A stretch of 64,000 bases of DNA from Iphione sp. A-MEVVRFRX5 (lineage: Eukaryota), in contig OZ320317.1 in the NCBI GenBank assembly GCA_976226885.1, positions 36,084,001 to 36,148,000 of the forward strand. The letters run 5' to 3'. Shown here piece after piece: positions 26,984 through 37,919 of the stretch (the first letter of the stretch is position 1; each line of letters begins with the position of its first letter). The notes beneath the pieces are model-generated. The model saw nothing but the letters and a program-made list of their open reading frames with translations, was not told the origin of the DNA and did not search any database. The position numbers and the translations under genes were made by a program.

Positions 26984-27856
26984 GACTCATTCTCAGTTAA
27001 GTCTGGCGTTTGGGGGTATGCACATGACAACAAAAATTCTCTTCTCAACATTTCATATTGATTTTCCAAAAGAAGACATGCAATGGAACATATTTTCAGT
27101 TAATTAGAACTCGGGCCATAGAAAAAAATTTTCCCACTATATTTCTCATATGTACATTGATGATTATGATGTAAATGACACATGATGTAAATGACAAAAA
27201 GCTATTAGCATTTTAGTTGTATTCTTCATCTCTGCTACAGGGGACCATTGCTTACTAATGATATGGCCATGACGTAAATGACAGCATTAAAAATACTGTC
27301 TGACACTGAAATGGTTATGATTAGCTGTCAATTAACATAAATGGACAGATTGTTTTAGTAAAGGTTTTTTCATGAAGAACCCCCAAATGCCAAATAACAG
27401 ATATAAACATTATACCTTCAGATTTCCTTTTTATTACTCATGATTTTCCTCATCATGATGTAAATGACAGTAAAACCACAGACATTAAACATTATTACAA
27501 AACTCAAATTTGGTAGGTACTATGATTGAAAGTTTTAAAATATGTTATTGACAGTTGTTAAATCTCTGTTAGGAACACCCTAAAATCCATTAGATAATGC
27601 ATTTGCAAACACTGTAGTATCTAAAATATATACATGCAATGCCTAAGACACACTGGTATTGTTGTACTGTATATATTCAAAATGATATTACTAAATATTA
27701 ATCAACATTTCTCTGGTACAATTGTACATCATATTAAGGAAAATCATGTCAGGAATCTGAAACTACCATCTGTTTTAATGGCAATATAAAATACAAGTCT
27801 TCACAGGAAAACAATGTCTAAGACATCGAATAGCCAGACTTAACTGAGAATGTATC
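26984..27856. mobile_element. Kolobok-like non-autonomous element (copy B)
   Basis: Same TIRs and flanks as 16151-17023. Confidence 0.6.
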
Positions 27857-30800
27857 TTAATAGTGTGGTATGTCTTTACCTGAGGGAGAATGATCTGTAT
27901 CCATAACCAAATTTTCTTAAGGAAAGATGCGATACTGTCATAACCATGGCATCGTAATTCTTCCCACTTTCAAAACAAGAATAAAAGAGAATGTATGTAA
28001 TTTTTCTTGTTTCAGGATAATTGGTATATGTGTATGCATATGTGCCCTGAAATCCTGATTTTTTAAAAAATCCATATTAACCCCGTACCTTGGTAGATTC
28101 TAAAACGTAAAAAGAAAAATTCAATATTTCCCACCATAATAATGTTATTATATGATTCATTATCCAAATGTGGACACTTGCATTGTGTTTGTACATTTAC
28201 AAATGTAATTGATTTTTATGTGTAGTCTATTTCATCAGATTCCTATTATTGATGAAAAATATCCAAAGTAGTAAACCATTCAGAGTGTTGGGACCACATG
28301 TTCCATTCGATTTTTACATGATATTGAGCTTCTTTAAAGATCCCACTCAAGCCCGCATATAGCTAAATAATGGGAACATAGAGGCTTATGATGGGTAGTC
28401 TCCTTATCCACTCCGCCCACATGTAGTAAAGGGATGAGAACAACTGATGTGCGAATCCTTTTTGAGGTTTTCACATCATTTCTGTTTTAATCTTTATCAG
28501 TTTGCAAGAATGATGTGCTAAGGACCAGAGCAGCTTGAAGGACATTTATACATGAAGTTATGATACGAATATTCATCATTATTTTTTGGCCAGATACTGC
28601 AGTAACAGAGGTTAAAGGGAATGTATCAAGCATTTGCGTGACAATTTCAATGATATGATCTGACGTTTTTATGTTACCCGACCAAATACATGCACTACCT
28701 ATAGAAATTAAATAATCCAAACGAGAAATTCAAACCAAAAATAAAGGACTTTCAAATGGACCACTGTACTAAAATTGGAAACGAGGATCCTTTAATATTA
28801 TAACTGTGCTGTATTCCACGGAAATAGGCAAATTTACATTTCGATAGGACTATGTGACAGTTGTCAATGGCTGTTACTACCACAATGAAGACTGAAAACA
28901 GAATTTAAGAAAATGCAGTGCAGATATACCAGTTCTAAGCTTAATGCTTAATGGTACAGTGGAATTTATTACGAAGGATGTCTTTAAACAGGCCAACTTT
29001 TGCATTTTGGTCAAATATACGGCTGCCTTAACTAGAGCGGACACGTGTTTCTCACAACAGCAACATTGCAAATAAGTGAAGGTGGTTGTAGAATCTGCTC
29101 AGAGATCAGGGAAAGTGTTAGCATTTATCACTAACCCATGAGACAAACCAGAGTGCCAAGTAGCAGTGGCTGACAAATGCCATCATGAACGGGAGGTTGC
29201 TCGCAGATCAAAGAGATTTCTGATTGCTTCATTCCCACACTTTTTCCTGGCCTTCTTACACCTCCCTAGCTGGCCTTCTTACACCTTCCTTTCTTGCCCT
29301 CTAGCCGCATATGTCCTTGTAACGTGAACGAACGGGACGGTTTGCTGGTTGCAGAGTATACATGTGGAAACAGCCGAGTAAATCAAACGCAAAGAGTCAT
29401 TTTCCAGCGCAAAATCAAGTGCTTGAAACAATTCCTCATATAGAGTTTGTTTTTTGTCAGGGGAGGGATCTGTGCTGAAGTAGAGCTTAGAGATCTTAGA
29501 TGATTACTGAAACACATGGTCCCTAAGTTCTGCCTCCTCTCAGTTTAATGACAAGGTTTCCAGCTCATTCAGACTGCCAGATTCATGAACGTTCTCATAT
29601 CTGCTAATCTGTGATTCATATTAAACCCCTAGCTGTTATCTTCGAACTGGAGATGAAAGACAGGCTTGCAGGGTTAGAAGACCTAAAAACTCTATAGGAA
29701 GCATCTAGATTTCATTTCACTAGTTGACAAGACTGAAGCACTGTCTAGGAAGCTTCTATATCAGTGTTTACAAGGAAGGAGATGCAGGAAAGTGGCTCGA
29801 ATGATTGCCATCCATCACGGGGAGGTACCAGATGCTGTCTTTGTAGTGGCCATCAGTGTATACTATACACGCTGGCAGTGAGGAAGAAGGAGGAGGAGGA
29901 CCAAGAGATTGATATTTTCGGTATCTGCGTCCGGTGAGGTGAGACGACACTGGCAATAACCATGGTCTTCACTCTCCCACCACCTAATGTCTGCTCTCAC
30001 TTTATGAAATCGATCCCAAAGAAAGATGATCTTTAAGCCCTGGAAATGCAAATGCTGCTTCACTCACTGCCCTCTCCCCCGCCTGGACCAAAGCATCATT
30101 CATTTCAGCCATGTCTTATCTGGGAAAGTACAGGCACAGGTAATGAATGAAGTGGATGAGACAGATGACCTCAAGTCTGTGATGGCAAAGGTGAACGGGC
30201 ATTGGATGATCACTGGATCAGAGACTTCATGAAAAGCCGTGAGGGTCTTCACAGTTGAAAGCTGCTTTGTCTGGTCCAGAATACAACCCTCCACTGAGTT
30301 GACAGAGGATAACGTGGATAACGCAGGAGATGTACAACCTATGGACTTCCTTAAAGGGTATCGACTTGCCTGCAGTCTACATGACCTCAAACGAGAACAA
30401 GGCCATAGTAATATCCACGCCCAGCCTACACTACAGATAAACGGGGAGACTGAGACTATGTCTTCAGAACATCTCAGACCAATATGAAGATAATGAAGAA
30501 ACTCCTCCATAAATGAAGTCTACTACATATGAAGACATCCAGGAGATGGTCACTGTCGTCGAGAACCACTTTCAGAGAACCACTAGTCATCGAGAACTAG
30601 TCATCGAGAACCACTAGTGATCTGAACTAGTTAGAGGGACAGCTCAGAGATCAGCAATGAAGGTTTAGTAAGAGCCACGATCCCTTACAACTCCCTAGAC
30701 AATTCTGCCATTCATACACCATTGGCAAACTCAAAGGCACTCACATATAGCGACTTAGAATTAGATTGTTGATACCTGGACCAATGCCAGGTCCCGAATG

Positions 30801-32595
30801 AACACTCAGTGCACGTAGTAACATACCTACACAGCCACTCACACACATACACACTCAGTGCCTTCTTGTCAATCTCCCTGAAACTCGATGGCCAAGCATC
30901 TCTTTGCCTCGAAGTAATTTTTCGAACATACCAATTAGCCGCACAGTCATGTCCAATCAAGTCTGATCATGACGTCTTATGTTCAAAATATGACGAGCTA
31001 TACAGTTCAGTCTGGTCCTTAAGACGAAGTTCGGCCGAAGCGGCAAACAATAGGGTAGGGGGGGGGGAGTGCAGAATGTTACATTGCCCATAAGAGGGCA
31101 GTGAAAGTGCTATCTCATGTCACCCTACATAAGCCAGCCGCAGGCCTGGCAACATATGACCATTAACTTCAGAGACCTCACACGAATAGTAGCACACGTA
31201 CTGTCAGTAGAGGTCAGTGACATAATATTCCAGTGCTTGCGTGCCAAACTAAAAATGGCAAACTAATACGTAGTCTTGTCGATTCTCACTGCCTCTAATG
31301 CGGAGGCATCTTTGATGCAGTTTAGTAAATGACTGGTGTCTACGTGAATGTGGTAGCTATAATATTTTGGAAAAGATATTACCTGATGTACGATACTTTG
31401 CTTACCCTCCGACAAAAATCCAGCATGGCATCTATTGTGGGTTTGAATAATCATCTGTGGGGTCAGACTTATAAAGGAAGGAGACATGTTTTTTGTATGA
31501 CAGAAATGGTGGCGAGGTGATGAAAAATGGTCACCTTTAACGATCCAATTATACATTTTGCATCTAAATTTCAAAAGAGTCACGATTATTCTAAAATCGA
31601 AATCCATGTACATACAAACAGCACGCGAAACCAAGAGAGAGAACAGTGTTTGCACTTCGCTTCTAAAATTTTAAAATGCAGGTCATCATATGCAACAAGA
31701 CATGACGCGATCATACAAACCAATGACACAAGGTTTACAAAATAATAAAACAAAACTGTGGAACAGATGAAGGATCTGTGTATTGTTTTTTTTTATTAAA
31801 AAAAAAACGCACCACGGTAAGTGGATTTCTCATTTAGTTACCAGAACCGAGCTTTAAGTATAAACATCTACACACTATAGACCTCTCATACATTGCCCTG
31901 TAAGTCTGGACTGTTTGTTAATAAATTGCACCCACACAGTATGTAGTAGTGTTTCATAAGTTCTCCGATGAGACACCAGTCACATTTCCACACGATGAGG
32001 TGGTCAGTTCTATGTCACATGCAGTTTTCCCCTCATTTATGATAGGAAGCTAGTCTTGAACCCTGATTAACTTTGTCGTCACTTTCTGTGGTGATGAGAT
32101 GGTAACACATACAGTGTGTATTTGGTTATATCAATGTCCAACACCCATGTTAAATCAGTACTGGTGGGAGGTGATCATTTTTCTTCGGAGTTCAGCCTCA
32201 AACGTCACTGTCTGATCATGAAGCACGAGTTGCGGGGGGGGGGGGTTCAAAATAAAGCTTCATCAAAATTTAGGAAGGTATAATAAGTGGTACTGGACTT
32301 TGAAGACAAAGATTGGTGTTGAAACTGAGAGGGTTATAATACTGAATTCTGGAAGCAAATAACAATTGCTGCCGAATTATACGGGCATTTGATCACCAGC
32401 ATACAGAATAGTGTAGTTGCCCCCATCGCCTCCCCACTGAAGCTTTTTACCCCTACAAATTTGGCGCCAAGTGCTACACGTACATGTGTATCTGGAATGA
32501 CTACCTTCATCGCGGAACCTAAGCACGTCGTTTGCACGTCAGCCATAGAAAATGTTACAAAGTAAAAGGTTTTCTTTTTTAGAGGGAAAATACAA

Positions 32596-32619
32596 GTCTG
32601 TCTGTCTGTCTGTCCGTCC

Positions 32620-32667
<48 letters not shown>

Positions 32668-32668
32668 G
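32596..32668. repeat. (TCTG)n microsatellite
   Basis: Read directly; source of the DRQT-repeat ORF. Confidence 0.97.
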
Positions 32669-35600
32669 CCATCCGCTTACTAGTCTTTATATCTTCATAA
32701 GGGATACAATGGCAGTGGGCGTAAGTTCGATCAAACTCTATACGGTGTTAACGTACTGACGAAGTGTATCTATTGCCTTTTATTACTGATACCAGACGGG
32801 TATATCCCCGGTTATCATTCAGAAAGTTACGCATTATGCATCAGCAGGACTGGATTCACCTAGCACTGCTGCCTTCTTGACCCTTCCGTCTCAAAGAAAG
32901 TAATCCTGAAACCAAGCAACCCCGCTGGGTCTTCTTCCTTCAAAACGGTGTCAGCGCGACTTGTTCCCCTGACCTCAACAGCCTGGCACAAGGCCGGCCT
33001 GCCTACCGGCAGGGCAAGGGGCAACTGCGGCACCTTGACAGATTCAGGTCGACGAGTGAGGATGCGCAACAAACTACTCTAAACATTCACAGCTTTGCCC
33101 TCAATCTCTCGAGAACTCGACACTGTGAAGTAGTGAGAGATTGCTGCGGATACAAATTCATGCTGAACATCAGTGAGACGTCGTGGTAAGGACGTCAGGA
33201 CACACCCAGATTGTGCACAGTTGGGAAAACCCCTCTGATGCTCATTAATCGAAGTTGAGTATATACAAGTAAAGCGAATAAATGAATAGGGTATGGAAGG
33301 TGTGGCAGTTAATTCCAATAAGAGCGAGTCCGAATGCTACATATGGTAGTTTTCATTAGAATGATAGGTTTCATGCAATGTGTACCAGTGTTCGTGTACA
33401 TACATACATGTAATTACATACAGTTTTACTACAGACAGCCAACCATGAATCATAGCCACATATTACTTCCTAGTTGCGTCACTAATGCAACCATAGCTGT
33501 GCAATTGTCTGTACCGTAATACCTCGAAAGCACCTTTGTTATGGACAGAAATGGGGCGAGGCGGCCCCACTCCCACGAGGGCAAGACTATGGCAGCCTGT
33601 TTCCATTGTGTGAGAAACGCCGCTGACACAATTAACTTAACATAATAACCTCTCACAATGTACATGTACATAGGAACTGTATAGGAGTTGTGGGCTTAAC
33701 AAATCCTCCTAAAGTAACCCAATTGGGAAACGGTCGGGCTGGCTAAGTGTGAGCCTGCAGAGACTCGTAAACTGATCTACAAGTATACGTATATTTTGTA
33801 GGTCAATATCCTGTGTAGGTCACATACGTGAAATCTAAGCCATGCTGAAGTTATATGAGCGAAAAATGTTCGCGTGCTCATCAACGTACATGCCAGTAGG
33901 AGGTAGCAGGGTGTTAAACGCGCCCGCTTAATGGATGATTTAGGACGTAGTCTTATTTCATGCATACAACAATATCATGTATTGTTTATGTACAGCAGGT
34001 GAGGGGACCTGCTTATTTATGAGTTGTTGAAATGGAACGAATCTGCTGAGAGCTTCAACGTAGAGACAATCTGTGGTGAGACCGACAAGGAAGTGGTGCA
34101 GGAACAAGCAGTTTAAGGAGGACGCATCATAAGGACATTCAAATAATAAGTTCTCACATATGCACATCTACGGAATAGGGACGTTGAAAACTGTATCCTG
34201 TTGCACACGGCTGTGCATCGGTTTATATTAATGTAGACATTGAGGTACCTAACGCTCGCTGAGCGTCTGGTCGAACGGACGGCAGCTGTTCTAACACCAC
34301 AGGGCGTCATGTAGGGCCAACTCAGGAGTGACGTTGCTTTTAGCCACACCCGGTAGGAAACAGAAGGTTGGGCAGGTTGACCGAAACAATAAATTATGCA
34401 ATAAAAAAAACCAGCTGCGCACGTGTATCTAATGGGATCGCTTGCTGATGCTCGACCAGGAAGACGCACAACACGTAAACACCCGATGTTGATTGTAATT
34501 TGATTTAGATATATAGACGTAAAGATACACAGAAAGACAGATAGATAGTGCTCCGTTGATGAACTGGATGATACACACAACCAGTAACCTGGGAACACTA
34601 AGACACCTTAGAACAATAATTAATCCACCTGTCGCTAATGGGAGAACCAAAAGGACAAATTGTTATATCTCAGACGTCTCGAGATAAAGGGGCTGCTTAA
34701 CTAAAATGCATTCGACCTCAGTACAGAGGTAGAGCTGGTTAGGAATAGGCGGCTAGGTCGGTCGGGGCGGCCTCAGCATCCGTCATGGCGGCCACGCTCG
34801 ACGCGGCTTTGTCAGTAGTCGCCGCCCAAGATGGGTTGGCGGTTAGCGTCTGCTTACAGCGGCGCCCGGTCCGCCATCAAAATTCACACAGGGGGATGCT
34901 GGGGGTGGCGGTGGGTGGTCAGGAGCGCTGGGGTGCAAAACCCGACGCCACTAACAGCATTCAGTTTTGGCGCCTGTTGAGGCCAAATGCCCGATAAAAA
35001 AATAAAAGACAAAAAAGAAAGAAAAGGGGGGCCGTATGAAAGGCCCAGTAGAATAAAGGCGCACCTGCCAGTGGAAGGAGGCGAAACGTCAGCGGGAGCA
35101 CTGAGCGTGCTTCGTTGACGACCAGCGTCGGGAGGGGTCAGGTAGGAGAATGGCACCCACAGATGGTGCAGTCTTTAGCCCCAAATATCAGCTCCCGTGC
35201 GCAGTTCGCTCCACAACCATCACCACATACCAATTATGTACGTTGGGTTCAGCATCGGGGAATATAGGGATCTATTTCCAGCTGCATCTATTTTGTTATT
35301 TTCCTTCCAACATACAGCATATCTCAACTGTGTACGCGAGTCAACTGTATTTGAGATCGAGAACAATCATGTTGGCACATGTTCGCCCATAATCAGACGG
35401 TTCGATGGGGCCACGCGTGCAGAGAGGACGCCCGAACAATGGCGAATGAATAATTACCGGGGCACGACGGTGCACGGTCATTATGCGCGCCGAGCCAGCT
35501 AGTCGTCTCCAACCGCGAGGAGACCCGTCTAGCACTAACCGCGGCGGCCAGGGTGTGTAATTTACGGGGAAATACACGATTAGCTGCTATTCCGGCCGTC

Positions 35601-36439
35601 TACGATGTACATATGAACAGTTTAGGCGAGGATGAGAACGTAGGGAGGGGTTCGCGCGAGTGGGAACTGAAGGGGGCAAGCCCATCATTTTCGCTGCTCC
35701 CAGTATGGCCGATCTATGCCACCCACACGGCCTCCGGACTGCCACCGGCCTCTGCTCTATGAGGCATGACAGATCGCTCAACTATGATCTTCTTCGAAAC
35801 CCACTGCAATCCTTCTCACAACAGTGTTCTATTTGTGTGGTTCTTATTGATTGATGTCTAAATTGTTAATAACTGGTAGCAAAACCTCCCAGACGCTTTC
35901 ACTGTTCGTAGTTATGAGATGAAAAAGAGCAGGCTTATAGCAATACATGTTTAGCAGCTATGCTGCACGATCTTTTAAGTGGTACGTCATCATGTAATGG
36001 TATTTTGCTTCACAAATGATATATTTTATTTCCAGTGAGATGCATCCCCAAGGCGTAGGGATGCAAACACGAAGCACAAACGGCCTCAGGTCAATGACCT
36101 CAACGACAACGACCTGGGTGGCCACCTGGCGTTCAAATAAATAACAAACAGTACTAGGGGTCCACCTGGTGATAGACGCATGATCGAAACTACGTCAGTA
36201 TCACCTCGCTATTATCTGGGTTTTTTTTTTTTTCAAGGAAATTAACTATAATGACGATGAATACTCTCCTTCTTCTTCTTCTTCTTCTTCATAAATACCC
36301 CCCCCCCAAGTTCTCTCATCCAAATGTCAGGTAAACGGAAACATAACGAGAGGATTGTAAACTACGCTAAACGGTAAACGTCCCCAATTAAATATTTACG
36401 CCCAAACCTGCCAGTTGCAAAATACACGTACATGTATAT

Positions 36440-36623
36440 TGTAGCGGAGGTACTCCGCAGTTACTAAGGTTCCGCAATTATCTAGTGCTCCGCCACTTAT
36501 GGCTACATGTATATAAGGAGGGTGTGCGGAGAAGTCAGTTCAGTTCTCGTTTTGACGTTGAATAAACAACACCTCTTCTACAAAGACGCCTTTATTGAAA
36601 TATGTTGAGGTCGGGTCGTAACA
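36440..36623 (+). repeat. 5' LTR (184 bp)
   Basis: TGTAGCGG...CGTAACA, identical by eye to 45293-45476. TATATAAGGAG at 36510-36520, AATAAA at 36561-36566. Confidence 0.98.
36444..36531. promoter_or_regulatory. GCGGAG site cluster in LTR U3/TATA region (predicted targets of the element's zinc fingers)
   Basis: GCGGAG at 36444 and 36526, CTCCGC at 36453 and 36488, variant TTCCGC at 36470. The first two form the palindrome GCGGAG-GTA-CTCCGC. Confidence 0.7.
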
Positions 36624-37906
36624 TTGGTGGCAGCGGTGGGATTGTGCCTTTCTCCGAGGCGGAGAATGAGACGTCCCCGCCGGCGGAGTCGGCGCTGGGT
36701 GCGGAGTCCTCCTCGGCGGCGGAACTCGCTGAAGTGGCGGAGACGCCGCTGGATGCGGAGAACGCGAGTGAGTTCCTAGTGGAGGTTCGAGGAGGGGCTA
36801 GGACCGTGCGGCCGAAGGAGGAGACGGAGGCTACCCCGGTCTCACGGAGGAGGGCACTCTCACCCCTTGACGGTGCTGGCGAAGGGATCGTGGTTGGGCG
36901 GTCCGCGACAGCACCACGACCCGGAACGGTAGAGACAGAGGTGAATAGGTTGAGGCGAGAACTCGAAGACCCTGGAAGCGACGAGGACTCGTCTGATGGG
37001 AGGGACTCCTCGAGCGATGAGGAATTGGTGGAAGCCAACCCTACAGAAGACCAGGCAGTACGTGGGTTGATGGACGAGCTGCGGAGGGTGATGGCTCCCG
37101 CCGAGAGGTCACGGCGATCAAGCATCAAGGCCGACACGTTCGATGGCACCACCTCACTACCAGATTTCCTTCACCATTACGAACTGGTTGCGGCGGCAAA
37201 TCGTTGGAATGATCGTGAGAAGGCCTTACAGTTGGGGGTATCCCTGCGGAAGGCGGCGCGGACGGCTTTGAGGAATGCCCAGGTCGACATGGATGAAGAG
37301 GGCGCGTATCAGAAGATTGTCAAGACCTTACAGGACCGCTTCCAGCCAGCCGACCAGACAGACGCTTATATGCAACAACTGAAGTATAGGCGCCAAGGAA
37401 AGAGTGAGAAGTTGGCAGACTTGGCCGATGATGTGGAACGCTTGGTGCGGCTCGCCTATCCAGAAGCAGCAGGCCAATGGAAAGACCGGATGTGCAGGGA
37501 ATATTTCCTGGGGGCGCTCGCCAATGAGAAGGAGAGGAAGTGGGTCACTCAAGCCCGAGTCACCACATTCAGGACCGCACTCTCGGAGGCCCAACTCGCA
37601 GAGTCGTATTACGATAGTAAGAAGGAGCGGAGCCCTCGGAGAGTTCACGCCATCGAAGCCCCTGGGGTTGCCCCCGCGGAAGGAGGTAAGGAGGCAACGT
37701 CTGGTTCCTGGCGACGCATCGAGGAACTGTTGCAACAACTTTTAAAGAAGCAGGAGGAAGTCATCGTCCCCAGGCGACAGAAGAAGAAAGGATGCTTCCT
37801 GTGCGATGACCCGGGACATTTCAAGCGGGACTGTCCGAAGCTGAAGGATGCTACTACCAGTCAAGCAAAGTCGGGAAACGGGGGACCGGCCGCTCCCAAT
37901 CAGTAG
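36602..37906 (+). CDS. gag: Gag (434 aa) with C-terminal CCHC zinc knuckle
   Basis: Capsid-like segment FDGTTSLPDFLHHYELVAAANRW... and CFLCDDPGHFKRDC at 37793-37834. The ATG at 36602 is the first ATG after the predicted TSS and has A at -3. Confidence 0.9.
   Translation: MLRSGRNIGGSGGIVPFSEAENETSPPAESALGAESSSAAELAEVAETPLDAENASEFLVEVRGGARTVRPKEETEATPVSRRRALSPLDGAGEGIVVGRSATAPRPGTVETEVNRLRRELEDPGSDEDSSDGRDSSSDEELVEANPTEDQAVRGLMDELRRVMAPAERSRRSSIKADTFDGTTSLPDFLHHYELVAAANRWNDREKALQLGVSLRKAARTALRNAQVDMDEEGAYQKIVKTLQDRFQPADQTDAYMQQLKYRRQGKSEKLADLADDVERLVRLAYPEAAGQWKDRMCREYFLGALANEKERKWVTQARVTTFRTALSEAQLAESYYDSKKERSPRRVHAIEAPGVAPAEGGKEATSGSWRRIEELLQQLLKKQEEVIVPRRQKKKGCFLCDDPGHFKRDCPKLKDATTSQAKSGNGGPAAPNQ
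36625..36643 (+). other. Primer-binding site complementary to tRNA-Leu 3' end
   Basis: TGGTGGCAGCGGTGGGATT, 1 nt after the LTR; complement of the recalled eukaryotic tRNA-Leu(AAG/UAG) end ...AATCCCACCGCTGCCA-CCA. Confidence 0.85.
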
Positions 37907-37919
37907 AGCGAGCGGCCGG
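37873..37919 (+). other. Programmed -1 ribosomal frameshift signal (gag-pol)
   Basis: G GGA AAC heptamer in the gag frame (37873-37879), 6-nt spacer, perfect 10-bp stem CCGGCCGCTC (37886-37895)/GAGCGGCCGG (37910-37919). The pol frame is -1 and open from 37810. Confidence 0.9.

Larger units (their letters stand above)
20330..29759 (+). repeat. Copy B of the large duplication
   Basis: Collinear with 8037-20229 through ...CTAGGAAGCTTCTAT; continues into unique sequence at 29760. Confidence 0.95.
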
